Of a stretch of DNA of 52,139 nt, positions 28,701-35,100 are shown piece by piece. A program made the position numbers and the translations under genes. The stretch is from the IMG/VR virus record IMGVR_UViG_3300001598_000066, positions 1 through 52,139 of that record; one strand, 5' to 3'. Source of the stretch: a virus. Within the stretch, counting starts at the first letter, position 1; each line of letters opens with the position of its first letter. The notes beneath the pieces were generated by a model. The model saw nothing but the letters and a program-made list of their open reading frames with translations. It did no database searches and was not told the DNA's origin.

Positions 28701-31486
28701 TTGATGGTTTTGTCTTTATTGATTGGAGAAGTTTCAATGCTATCTTTTTCATAATTGGATGTAGCTTCTGGAACATCTGTTTCAGGATTCTCCCAATTTT
28801 TCATTGTATCGCTCAACCAATTCTCAGCATCGCTTTGCGATGTAAATTCAGCTCCATCAATGTGTCTATTGTTAGAATCTTTTATAGATACAATGTAGCT
28901 ATTTCCAAATTGACCCATATCGACTTCTATAATTTTGCCATTATACTTATCCCCATCAACTGACTTAACGGTTGTACGTTTTACATCGTAATTGCCATTC
29001 TGAGTATTTACTGAAACGTTACTAGGCGTTTTAGTATCGTCCTTATCGGATTCATCGTATTCTCCTGCACGTTGTTTTTCTTCTTCGGTAGCTTCGACAA
29101 GTTTCTGTTTTGATGTTAAATTGAATAAGAACTTACGGAAATGTTCCTCATTGTCATAATCATCTATTGTGTAACCACCAAGATATTGCTTAGCAAGTTC
29201 TCGCCAGTTTTCAATTCCCTGAGCTTTAGCATAAGCATCAGCATTAAAATGTTTAGGCTTCTTTTCTTCAACCTTTGGGGCAAAATGAGTAGCATCAATG
29301 GTCTCTCCACCAATGATATTGACAATATCGTTGTATGTTTTTGCAAGAGCTTCTTTATCTACAGGAATGTTTTCTTCGCCAGTCAAAACAGCTTTGAAGA
29401 GTTTGGAATTAACATCAAGCTTCATTCTATCAGCTTTTGTGATGTTATCACCCTTATTGAGAATATTAGCAACATCTTTTGCACGTGCTTCAATCTTGGT
29501 TGCAAGTCTCTTCTCAGCATTTTCGCTTCCACGCTGAATACCTGTTAATGTGTAAATATCGTATGTTCTCGTTTTAGCATTTGAGGTCTTAGGTGTTTTA
29601 TCAGATTCTTTATTAACTTCGTCAACGTTCTTCTTTATTTCGTATGGAGTTTCTATAACATTATTTATATCAACTCCACTTTCAGCTAATGCATTTGCCA
29701 ATCTACCAACTTCGTATCCTGATACAGTAGAGCCTGCATTGAGTCTTGCATTGATTTCATTTGCATACTCAAATGCTTCAGAATCCTTTGTTGTTTTAAG
29801 TCCCTCATTGACAAGTATCTGAATATTATCCTTTAGATTACCTCCACGACCGGTTGTCTGAGCTGTTGAATATAATGTGCTTGTTCCGCCCATCATAAGA
29901 CCAGACAATCCTCCAACAAGATAACTGTTCAAGGTATCTGCTGCAGCCTGTTGCCAATAATCAGATGTAAGCAAATCTTTCCATTCCGTATCGTTTACAT
30001 TAAACATAGGGTTGATTACAAATGAATCGATTATTGAACCTACAAGCTCTTCGAAAGCCTCACCCCTGAATGATGAAATGGCACTTGCAACATAATCTTT
30101 AATAGCTTCGCTTCCACCTTTGCGGAACATTTTATTAACAAGCTTTTCTGTAGTTCCCTCAAAGAAATCATCAAGAGTTGTACCCTTGCGACCAGATGCT
30201 ACATCAAGGAACGATGCTTGCGTTAATAGTTCTGTTGCGACTTCTTTTACAGCAACAGCAGTTCCGTATGATGCAATTGTCATAAGATTTGCATCATCTT
30301 TATTTCTTGCCTGTGTAGTCGCATTACCATAGGCCCTGAGATAAAAAGGAGTAAAATACGCTGCACTCTGAGATAGGCTCTCAGCGATATTAGTTACAAT
30401 CTGTTTAACCTTTTCTGGATTGCCTAAAGTCTTTCGTGCTTGCTTTGCAACTTCTTTTGTTGGCATAGCCCCTATGACTTCTTCAGCTTTAGAAAATTCG
30501 GGAGTTCCAAAAATGACTCTAGAGAATACTGCATCAAGTCCGTTTTCTATTACAGAGGATTCTGCTTGAATTAACTTCTGACCAACAACACCTTTGCCTG
30601 ACTGCGCATCCTCTAAATTCTTTTGTGCGGACTTTTCAAGGTTAGTATTTAATTCCTGCGTAGCTTTCAGAATTTTACTTTCTCCTGTTTTATCTTCAGA
30701 TTCTTTGTACGCAGAATTTACATTGTTATTAGTACCGTCAATGTTTTCTGCCGTATTAAAAGCATTGTACTTAATCTGCGCCTGAGAGAGCATTTGCTTA
30801 TCATATTCAAGTGTTTTTTCATCAGCTCCGTTGGCAACATCTTCATCACAAGTGTTCTTCCAGAAATCAACATCTCTTTTTGCACTTTCAGAAGTGCCAT
30901 TATAGATATTTTGTCTTGTTTCAGTTCCAGCCTGATAGTTTGTGGCGAATTTTCCAGACAACCCAGCCGCCCAATTCTTTATTGCAGATTTTGCAACATT
31001 GCTTTGAGTTTCTTTAAATTCGCTTGTATCAATGGAATTGCTTATAGGTACAGCACCGACAATAGCAGGATTAGACTTTGCTAATATAGTCTGTTTTGCA
31101 GTAGTATCCATATTCTGCGTATCAAGAGCATTGATGTTTATATTAGAAAAAGAGCCAACGGAGTTTTGTCCGTTGGCTTCATTTCTCTTGATATAAAAAT
31201 CATCAAGCTTTGAATCTCCATTACGAGTAGTTGCTGGAGATTCTGCATATTCATCTCTTGCATCTTCCGTAAATGCGTTTGTGCTATGTTCAGGTTCTTC
31301 TATAGTAACCTTTTTAGGGTTAGCTGTTATAGTCTGATTCTGTAATGTATTTACAAATACAGTTCCAGATTTAGTAGGGGTCTCGTTCTGTTTACTCTCA
31401 TTCTCAACAGGCTTTTGTACTGGTTTCTGAGTATCGGTGCTTGTAACCGATTTGCCTGTATTCTTGTTCACAAATGTTACAGACAT
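16736..31486 (-). CDS. Giant polyvalent protein (4,916 aa): N6-adenine DNA methyltransferase + SNF2/DEAH helicase + HExxH zincin + C-terminal TM-containing region
   Basis: Single uninterrupted ORF with RBS GGAGGAATAAAATG. Domain motifs are listed as separate features. Confidence 0.9.
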   Translation of the reverse strand: MSVTFVNKNTGKSVTSTDTQKPVQKPVENESKQNETPTKSGTVFVNTLQNQTITANPKKVTIEEPEHSTNAFTEDARDEYAESPATTRNGDSKLDDFYIKRNEANGQNSVGSFSNININALDTQNMDTTAKQTILAKSNPAIVGAVPISNSIDTSEFKETQSNVAKSAIKNWAAGLSGKFATNYQAGTETRQNIYNGTSESAKRDVDFWKNTCDEDVANGADEKTLEYDKQMLSQAQIKYNAFNTAENIDGTNNNVNSAYKESEDKTGESKILKATQELNTNLEKSAQKNLEDAQSGKGVVGQKLIQAESSVIENGLDAVFSRVIFGTPEFSKAEEVIGAMPTKEVAKQARKTLGNPEKVKQIVTNIAESLSQSAAYFTPFYLRAYGNATTQARNKDDANLMTIASYGTAVAVKEVATELLTQASFLDVASGRKGTTLDDFFEGTTEKLVNKMFRKGGSEAIKDYVASAISSFRGEAFEELVGSIIDSFVINPMFNVNDTEWKDLLTSDYWQQAAADTLNSYLVGGLSGLMMGGTSTLYSTAQTTGRGGNLKDNIQILVNEGLKTTKDSEAFEYANEINARLNAGSTVSGYEVGRLANALAESGVDINNVIETPYEIKKNVDEVNKESDKTPKTSNAKTRTYDIYTLTGIQRGSENAEKRLATKIEARAKDVANILNKGDNITKADRMKLDVNSKLFKAVLTGEENIPVDKEALAKTYNDIVNIIGGETIDATHFAPKVEEKKPKHFNADAYAKAQGIENWRELAKQYLGGYTIDDYDNEEHFRKFLFNLTSKQKLVEATEEEKQRAGEYDESDKDDTKTPSNVSVNTQNGNYDVKRTTVKSVDGDKYNGKIIEVDMGQFGNSYIVSIKDSNNRHIDGAEFTSQSDAENWLSDTMKNWENPETDVPEATSNYEKDSIETSPINKDKTIKEIEKYAKTLSKGRSEDTYWYKAVTNSSIYNDYLDNAIPYVKAMQGYYRLGLFGDDFNYDIDKDSRYGKQYAFHELDIPLSERAAKLAYDAGLRDRGVLEVEAKHDDAPIHYGDSRSILERVIEPNVFYRNLNSEGKSETYGESGMSPYELIDIVDKNNDLYFRFRDMPAKYSGREFYAKVSDYKDYTAQDIIESVNAKVGKNALGEHFADGVKAYYKKYVDNASNTGTSKDVSTNKIVYTGQSGINYTQSQIDALSKLSSDTLITMAESQYDRPYSMDGITEEQANALRNAGLMETETSQDGSTFEYINKEYIFDERARRLKESNESQTETPKGPTEIDVTGLFNGLKKAQGVANTTGEAQVVKLSDYKTESSDNGEVSSEAQGDLLDRLGTEILDRVDALDEIDIALTQKNLNINNADWKALEDIGVVADGELDATELKYKLKVNALKSESSETQTTTQDDLTNNDGNQIKEVDNTGDTIPDEDETDDAKLKIKQRSVSTDNITAIKDALLNGELKFEDFDIKGNVEGFSKEQQLSLIKAIIEGSNSKDGVIKTDIPYDGSFEINNNPNAISSVLDKLKAKYKQEPTIRDSVNKWISKSDKFSVIVSNGKYYLSDNYCAILSTKEEADAIIDNKDKYKKTNIRFDGSVERFDEILGQKMSIVENAPTEAELANGTKVYSFAKDLSSVFTKKYVDLLSDSQFFISDDTFGGCHYLYSKNADGEISGVALPIKAKELVNQKPSKLKSFSDKFKQEFAKRKNESESNNTDEGYKPQSVNKSESDKPTKNLTSESKLSNTSQKEKGNNEQQSNSGLHPISESGSVQQTETGRNSGIQSEAVAEQNVKQGDRHQGQAEGTVGADGGIQESTADRLPSINENDNAASSDGRGNGEGRGGRDNKGFVIENLPILKKSKTARFDANIKAIETLKQIQDEGRTSATPEEMEMLANFTGWGGLKNIFNSKTQADIERSDKLKDLIGKEAYNTAMQNGTMTAFYTPVEVAKTVYSVVKRMGFANGKILEPSCGTGIFLGTMPESMRDNGITAVELDSISGSIAKLLYPNADVTVSGFEKLNAPRESLDLIVGNIPFSKNFPVYDENFQYGKKAQDIHDFFVLKGLDLLKPNGVMAVLAPTSIMDEGSGTTVGGLIKEKANLITAFRLPAGTFGNTETVCDLIIFQKKSKSGYSVGTEFPSTAKLEVDGTNKTVSKFWIDNPNNVIGNFAIKSFGESRKDLIVEDDGRTIDEIVDMVPKNIISNAKQYEAAQQDADTTKALTNDEAFGKPTGTYIVKDGELYTVDGGELSKPFKRLQAKVDVLDEHGNQTFEDGKIVKERKKSYIQKGSKDYKRAIALTEIANAYLELARAQETFEEDADLQEYRDKLTKLYDDYTKNFKNSKNELGRIRDGASKEIFDGDPRYDMICALEQVKEVNGKKVYTKSDVFTKRTVNAIRNITSAETALDALFASININGNIDLEYMSELYGKSKEDILLELSDTIFEVPSLDENGTYIMAEEYLSGDVKSKLEEAKAMNEAYEEKYGIENKYDNQIKALESVIPKDIGAGDIKVQLGAAWIDEDTIADFAYDICGIEPDGSIKVTYDPTFSIWNVNTTRKSAAKWSAKGTSKDVDGVDILNAVLNHRRIELSISNPGGKPIPDTKGMENVQAKMDEMSEYFDSWAKKDVDRMYELVKLYNERMNRTVLRKFDTFMGKEQSFLKMPGSAINLRKHQVNAVYRMLTTPSTLLNHGVGAGKTFAMIGAAHEMKRLGMANKPLMVVPNHKLPDFVSDWYRMYPTANILAIDSSTWTESVRKKLLESIATNDYDCIIMRHSSFEKMPFTPEFEEAFYQERIDEANLALETAISNGVSERKLSGLKKRVQKYVAKLDELRSKSNKRTDDVVAFDNSGIDAILVDEAHNYKNLENFTAMDRIAGVSTGDAQKTTRMLMATKRIHQMNGKVVFATATPISNTMGEMYNMFRYLRPDLLEKYYMKSFDAFAGNFGNIVTRFEPNTTGTGIVAKQRFSKFVNIPELVKGFAEFTDTLTIDDIVANDPTFKIPKAELRHITSESSELLDMFNEYIESEKQRIKGMRPEDLKAEGINSLLLYGDAKAAALDLRLVMKILQNKGYLPSTLSPSALDFKGSKINKVVDNVFEEYKNSSDRSGTQLIFLDRGTPNKSAFTPQKTAQLEELLVKQEECEANGEELSANDKKKLDKLLEEQYGARYDFNLYEDIKRKLVAMGIPEHEIAFIQDTQGSNSDKKKEALFEKVRSGNVRILLGSTSMMGEGMNVQDKVVAVHHVDAPFRPSDVEQRNGRAIRQGNENDSVRIYMYSTENSYDAAMWNILDTKNKFISSVLHGDPTEREFEDLGTDDFANMSVEAANNPKMQRLAEVKAEIKKLETEQRNAENESIQYQRVIREFDSTKLNLEQRIAIYESAVSVLKDNPSNDVTIDGEVYDTFPAASNALLPIAQTLKVGESKVVGKFHGFDIVLYNDSKYEKGRYTLSIDGLRPTEFEPKVIQLTKENGGRYDADDTNLHYPLSSVFLRLNNSLNGTKSYSGIEDHLRNSQKALQYQQKRYDEAIANVENAGFKKGELLAKDKAERDSLIKELGESGSGKAINPFVQGLDMETIIEEEHQRRESAQPKQFNKTSTSSPSGIELMADVSTSDKVKNAMEKGKAKQKEKKAVKGPKQVSTGQLYAPKATPETSTKEIVKNANDLIKIVSKEFKVPIIRAGNFKKRRVLGYFIPDRGQIRLKEYNDLIVTFHEAGHKFDRQYKFSEVYEDDLQKIGKRFEQRVQNRYQNDPEKIRREAFAELFRLYCTNPAGAEEFDKGVGFIPKMEAAFSKEDMEKIKKVADLAQTYLNADPTKKAEASIKSRKDKPEDYRTFGQKVIDLTANVVEEFKALDEMNKEIGRLSGKYIKPKDNPFLKAQNARTSDAKASAIIESGMVAPNDDTFVDKSFISLLVPVKDNLTAFKAYLKNEHAIEWWNQGKQVYERSLNNIDTMLKMKATWEQEHPEFIETAQSIYDWYEKFQRMWLVDTGMVEEDLFDKLRALNPKYVSNARVIEGKDGKLRRDRFGDSNQFMFAKGSDYDTYDPIETMIYDINRIVKSEKNREVFKAMRDMFYDPETSEAMSMFIAEYEAGATKNTYDAQALKSKLEGELATVLHSKMTVDEAKQYYADKADPKIKKQLDEKYGVSDVTDAIENLVDDYIDFYTADYTTDRKDVFRVKSGDKVEMFVAVDPTLINMLEAMRDTSEMKAWMRAMSKLKRTMTTLTTGSNPLFALFSNPWRDAPLAYIKGSEANPVKAVRDWAVAIADVIKDSERYQAYKAAGIGYESVLSEDMSYMLDSIAKLNGFKGKSFKEGIKYGWKFLIREIENLNNLMETAPRLAEYTRSMNQLTEKGMDKESAVIVASRRAQEVTTDFSRKGSGKTVKDMSAIIPYFRAGINGLTDVYNAYKGKGAKYEGMSETEKQKVVKQTWIKSIIALTIPTIILAFAHRDDDEYDKLPDYYKNGYWILNKEWFGGNKGEFYRIPKPQEIGWLFSTTFDTVLRKVWNDEEDGGWALMNSFFDDVVPSYSTIIAPILDARSNRTWSGNKIVSSVFDDAMEAGEETPFGGYYNNVYDDTTSRLAVLLAKALPDIPSLGALNTPKGIEYVLKQYTGVIGQFALPATTPSKGLYGALSGIADRVSADTTYSNRYTNEYYTLKARSAGDKDNYESGRKSKYDENIYKLFNDTSDSAVQHLKDAGVKIPSGGKLDELAGYKDVSPETGKVTYGISPNKRLSELWKSIRETNNKPTLSREELIKGYHDEINAITQEMVEVYNDYQDGVRGTEKKYESLDLLDTLVKDSDGGEHQLSYNQYTKMMNTYEAKYYEYTNKLPSYDLSKEDKEEYKKKAKAYASVEAKNSAVNGLITTHDKYNGLDAKDVITYQAIIDNFDSDDNQSYNQDEVASAIRNMEAQGLDGHSCYLLFRAANSGWVKNERNNNPWYYYR
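18232..18285 (-). other. Predicted transmembrane helix in the giant ORF (about aa 4400)
   Basis: WIKSIIALTIPTIILAFA flanked by charged residues. Confidence 0.45.
20300..20560 (-). other. HExxH zincin-like metallopeptidase motif region of the giant ORF (about aa 3645-3730)
   Basis: LIVTFHEAGHKF (HEAGH at 20417-20431) with a downstream EAFAELF as a possible third ligand. Confidence 0.5.
21700..23570 (-). other. SNF2/DEAH-box helicase domain of the giant ORF (about aa 2640-3260)
   Basis: Walker A GVGAGKTF (23459-23482). ILVDEAHNYKN (22964-22987). Motif VI QRNGRAIRQGN (21764-21796). Confidence 0.8.
25130..25850 (-). other. N6-adenine DNA methyltransferase domain of the giant ORF (about aa 1880-2120)
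   Basis: Motif I ILEPSCGTGIFLG (25618-25644). Motif IV LIVGNIPF (GNIPF at 25442-25456). The motif order I then IV is gamma-class-like. Confidence 0.8.
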
Positions 31487-31500
31487 TTTATTCCTCCATT

Positions 31501-33429
31501 TTATTCAGAAATTGTATATCCAAGCTCCGCCAACTGAGCCAAAATTGCGTTCTTCTCAGCGAATGTTGTTGCCTCAGCGTAAGCATTTGCTAATTCTTGA
31601 GCCTTCATAACATCAGACATTGACTCATCGTTAAGAGCGTATTTCTCATTTACGATTGAGTCACCGACAACAGATGGTATTAAGCTCTGCTTACGAATAG
31701 TTGTTTGTGATACATACTTCTTATAAGCATCTTCCGCACTCAGGTTTCCAGCAGCCTTCTTTGTTGCAGGACCGTAAGAACCATCAATGTCACCTGTATA
31801 TGCACCACTAGCCTTTAATGCTTTCTGAAGTGCTACAACCTGAGATACAGAAGCAGATGTAGCTCCGTATGCAACGGTATTGATTGTAACGTTGTAATTA
31901 CCAGCATTTAATGTCTTAACTAACTCTCTCTGCTGTGAGGCTGAAAGCGTTGGATAAATACTGTTTACATCTTTCTGAGCTGTATCGTTAGATAACGATT
32001 TATTCTTTAATCCTGATAATACAGTATTGTATGTTGCTACGCTTTCAGAAGAATCTTCTTTAGAAGTCGTATCTTTCTTCTGTGTGCTATCATCAGTTGT
32101 TACAATCTGCTGTGCAACTTCATCGTCAGTATTATCTTCTTCATCCTTTGCAAGATAGCTTTCAGCTAATCCGAGAATTGCAATCAGCTTGTCAAGGTCA
32201 AATTCCTCAGCTTCCATCTTAGCCTGCATAATCTGAATAGCATCTTCCTTGCTGTTGTTCATAATATCGTATGCAAGTTCGTTTACATACTGATTCATTT
32301 CGCCTTCAAGGTTTGTTCTTGCTTCATATCTTGCGGCTTCTGTTACAGGCTGACCCATCCATCCACCACTTAAGGCGTTATTTACGATTGCATTATCAGC
32401 GTTCTTAAATGCTGTTTCATACTGAGGAGTATACATTTCCTTTGCATACGCATAAGATTCAGCCCAAGTAAGGAAGTCCTGAATTTCGGTAGTGTCTGTA
32501 AAGTTGTTGATAATTGTGTCGTACAACTGTTCAACAATTTCCTGATTAGACATCTCGGTAAGTGGAGTTTCCGTCTGCTGTTGTGTCTGCTGTTGCTGAG
32601 TAGGCTGCTGAGTAGGTGTAGTTGGAGTTGTAGTATCAACGGTTACTGTTGTCTGCTTATTAAGAGCGTTCTGAATAGAAGTTCTTGTTTCAGGACCAGT
32701 CTTTCCATCTACAGTAAGTCCATTAGCTTTCTGATACTGTTTAACAGCATTGGCTGTTTCAGTACCGTAATTTCCGTCAACAGCAATCTTATAGCCAAGA
32801 GAATTAAGTGCCTGCTGTAACTGTTTTACATCAGAGCTATTGTATATTCCCTGATACAGATTCTTTGACCAGGTGTATGTAGTTCCCTGATTACCTGAAG
32901 TAGTTCCACTTGCTGAAGTACCACCTGTAGTTGTACCTGCTGATGTTGTACCTCCTTTAGAGGTAACATAAGCATCACGAAGCCTATCGACTTCTGCAGC
33001 CATTGTGATATTTCCGTTTTTGGCATAATTGTCTCTTACTGTTGAAAAATCATTTGTTCCAGCCTTGTATGTTCCCCAAAGCTTTTCGTCCCATCCAGTA
33101 GGAGATGTAGTTGTTGCAACTGTTCCACCTGTTGTAGTTCCTCCTGTTGATGTTCCATTAGAACCACTACTTGATTCCTTAGACGAACCACCAGAACTAG
33201 AACCACCACTAGAGCTTGCTTTAGTTGCATTGTCATATGTAGTCTTATCAGTTACTGTGACCTTATCTCCTGTTGAACCACCAGAATATCCATAATTACT
33301 ACGAATATTGTTAGCTTCTTTATTTGCATCTGCCCAAGAGATTATTCCGGCCTTTGCTTCGTTTCTTAATGACTCAATTTTTTGCTGGTCACTTGTGCTT
33401 AATACAGAATCGCTTCCTATTACAGACAT
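31501..33429 (-). CDS. Protein with two peptidoglycan-binding (PG_binding_1-like) repeats and low-complexity linkers (642 aa)
   Basis: VKQLQQALNSLGYKIAVDGNYGTETANAVKQYQKANGLTVDGKTGPETR and VVALQKALKASGAYTGDIDGSYGPATKKA. Also contains S/G/T-rich and Q-rich tracts. Confidence 0.7.
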   Translation of the reverse strand: MSVIGSDSVLSTSDQQKIESLRNEAKAGIISWADANKEANNIRSNYGYSGGSTGDKVTVTDKTTYDNATKASSSGGSSSGGSSKESSSGSNGTSTGGTTTGGTVATTTSPTGWDEKLWGTYKAGTNDFSTVRDNYAKNGNITMAAEVDRLRDAYVTSKGGTTSAGTTTGGTSASGTTSGNQGTTYTWSKNLYQGIYNSSDVKQLQQALNSLGYKIAVDGNYGTETANAVKQYQKANGLTVDGKTGPETRTSIQNALNKQTTVTVDTTTPTTPTQQPTQQQQTQQQTETPLTEMSNQEIVEQLYDTIINNFTDTTEIQDFLTWAESYAYAKEMYTPQYETAFKNADNAIVNNALSGGWMGQPVTEAARYEARTNLEGEMNQYVNELAYDIMNNSKEDAIQIMQAKMEAEEFDLDKLIAILGLAESYLAKDEEDNTDDEVAQQIVTTDDSTQKKDTTSKEDSSESVATYNTVLSGLKNKSLSNDTAQKDVNSIYPTLSASQQRELVKTLNAGNYNVTINTVAYGATSASVSQVVALQKALKASGAYTGDIDGSYGPATKKAAGNLSAEDAYKKYVSQTTIRKQSLIPSVVGDSIVNEKYALNDESMSDVMKAQELANAYAEATTFAEKNAILAQLAELGYTISE

Positions 33430-33431
33430 AT

Positions 33432-33905
33432 CTAACCTCTCTTTCTGCTTAATGCTGGAGTAATAATGTCATACAGTTTCCCAAGAGTAGCTTTATCCAA
33501 ACTCAATGCTTGATTACCATTCTTCTTAAGCTGAACAAGGCTGTTTTTAAGCTGTTCTAGGCTTGTTAATGAACCGTCTGGAACATTGTTAATTGCGTTA
33601 GAAACGGCACTAGATTCAGCGTTTATTTCTTCTGCTCTTGTTAAGTCATCATAGAGCTTGCTGTCAGCACCCTGCATACCATTAGGTGTTAATGCTTTCT
33701 GCTGTGCCTGAATCTCTCTTGCTTCTCCTGATACCTGTTCATTTTTATATTCCTGAACAAGATTGTTGAAATCGGCAGTAGTATTGCCTAATGCTCCAGC
33801 ACCAACATCATTAACTAAACGCTGATAAGCATTCTGCATTACTCCACCGTTTGGAAGGTTTACATTTTCTTTGTCCTTCCTCTGTGGATAATCGTTATAA
33901 GTCAT
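33432..33905 (-). CDS. Hypothetical protein (157 aa), first gene of the giant-ORF module
   Basis: ORF. Its stop lies 2 nt from the next start. Confidence 0.6.
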   Translation of the reverse strand: MTYNDYPQRKDKENVNLPNGGVMQNAYQRLVNDVGAGALGNTTADFNNLVQEYKNEQVSGEAREIQAQQKALTPNGMQGADSKLYDDLTRAEEINAESSAVSNAINNVPDGSLTSLEQLKNSLVQLKKNGNQALSLDKATLGKLYDIITPALSRKRG

Positions 33906-33931
33906 TTTCTTTTCCCCTTTGCAAAGTGAAA

Positions 33932-33960
33932 TAAAAAAAGGGGCTTAATGAACAAGCCCC
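33932..33960 (-). terminator. Rho-independent terminator after the lysis cassette
   Basis: GGGGCTT-(7-nt loop)-AAGCCCC at 33940-33960, followed on the minus strand by TTTTTTT. Confidence 0.75.
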
Positions 33961-34016
33961 ATTTAGTACATTTTAATACACACAATACTGAATATTTAGT
34001 TGTTAATTAACATATA

Positions 34017-34529
34017 TTACCTTTTATCCCTGACAACGAATTTGGTATTGCCGAAATAATCTTCGTGAGCATCTAAATGCAGGTATGTACCATATATATT
34101 CATACCACCAACACAATTATCTGCTTCACAGATTGCTTTCCATATACTTTCGATTTCGTATGCGAATTTATCGGTAATCTTAGGATGTTTAGAAAAGCTT
34201 GCATCAATAGCTTCATTTAATAAATGTAAACTATTTGATGAACCGTTTACTTTTGCATTGAATGTTTTTGTTCTATATCCGGAGTTAATATGAATAGGAT
34301 TGCCATATTCATTCCTTAGTAACTGATATCTTCTAACATCTTCTGCAAACGTGTCATTTAATAACATCTTAATTGATTCAGTTGCCTGATTATTTGCAAA
34401 CTCCCAAAGCTTGAAATTTGCTGATAAAGGATAATTAGCATCAATCGTCTTAACGTTGCATAAACTTATTTTCTTTCCAGACGGAAGAATTATATTATGG
34501 CTTATTTCAGTCTTTATCGTTGCCATCAT
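34017..34529 (-). CDS. Peptidase M15-type endolysin
   Basis: SGYRTKTFNAKVNGSSNSLHLLNEAIDA matches the M15A pattern SGYR...N..VGG...S.H..G.A.D. Confidence 0.75.
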   Translation of the reverse strand: MMATIKTEISHNIILPSGKKISLCNVKTIDANYPLSANFKLWEFANNQATESIKMLLNDTFAEDVRRYQLLRNEYGNPIHINSGYRTKTFNAKVNGSSNSLHLLNEAIDASFSKHPKITDKFAYEIESIWKAICEADNCVGGMNIYGTYLHLDAHEDYFGNTKFVVRDKR

Positions 34530-34749
34530 CCTTGCCTTTCTTTATCTTGTAGATTGCTATTGCCGCAGTCAGGAATCCTTCAGCACCGCATATCGTCTTG
34601 ACGTAATCAAGTAGTGATGAAGGTTCTGTGCCTTTTAGGGCGAATACGACCATAGCGTATATGAGGGTTATTGAAATTAAAAAGGCGCAGAAGATAAGAC
34701 ACTTATCAAGCGTCCCCTTACTGCGCCATTTGGTGCGTGGGAGTTTCAT
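34507..34749 (-). CDS. Holin (two TM helices, basic/acidic tail)
   Basis: Helices CLIFCAFLISITLIYAMVVFAL and GFLTAAIAIYKI, then KKGKDDGNDKD. It lies immediately upstream of the endolysin. Confidence 0.65.
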   Translation of the reverse strand: MKLPRTKWRSKGTLDKCLIFCAFLISITLIYAMVVFALKGTEPSSLLDYVKTICGAEGFLTAAIAIYKIKKGKDDGNDKD

Positions 34750-34994
34750 TTGTTTTTCAGATACTCAATATCTTTTTGAAGTGATGTCATAGCAACAGCG
34801 ACTTCACCGAACTTGATGGCATACCCGTTATGAACATCCAGCTTCTTTTCTATTGAATCAAGACGCTGATTCTGCAAGGCGTTCTGTGTCTGAAGCTCCT
34901 GTGATACCTTGTCACGTGTTGACTTGCTACTGATTAACACTACTGCTATTGATGCTAATGCCCCGATGACGGAGCAGATGATACTTGCTTCCAA
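34746..34994 (-). CDS. Membrane-anchored coiled-coil protein (holin-associated / XhlA-like?)
   Basis: N-terminal TM IICSVIGALASIAVVLI plus a coiled coil. The start codon is TTG. Confidence 0.5.
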   Translation of the reverse strand: MEASIICSVIGALASIAVVLISSKSTRDKVSQELQTQNALQNQRLDSIEKKLDVHNGYAIKFGEVAVAMTSLQKDIEYLKNK

Positions 34995-35020
34995 TTACTG
35001 TAACCTTCTTTCTTGTAAAA

Positions 35021-35100
35021 ATACTACTGGGACAGGTAGGGAGTCGAACCCTATTTCCCTCTTGCGAGGCTGACTGTGCCATTAGCCGCCCCAGTAGTAT
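35021..35100 (-). ncRNA. tRNA-like structured RNA (not a canonical tRNA)
   Basis: Minus-strand sequence ATACTACTGGGGCGG...CCTGTCCCAGTAGTAT forms a 15-bp closing helix. It encloses a canonical T arm TAGGG-TTCGACT-CCCTA, a CCTC-GCAA-GAGG tetraloop hairpin and a GGC-ACAGTCA-GCC hairpin. TTTTT follows. Confidence 0.45.

Noticed and set aside
17485-31084. Dozens of 60-140-aa ORFs on both strands inside 16736-31486.
   Set aside because: All are nested within or antisense to the single continuous 4,916-codon frame, which contains coherent enzyme motifs. They have no RBS or coupling and are treated as spurious.
35021-35100. A canonical tRNA gene, suggested by the GGTTCGACTCC T arm.
   Set aside because: No anticodon stem-loop with a 7-nt loop and U33 exists. 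Only 32 nt lie between the acceptor-like helix and the T arm. An extra nucleotide separates the T stem from the acceptor 3' strand, there is no CCA, and the helix continues for 15 bp. It is kept as a tRNA-like ncRNA candidate only.
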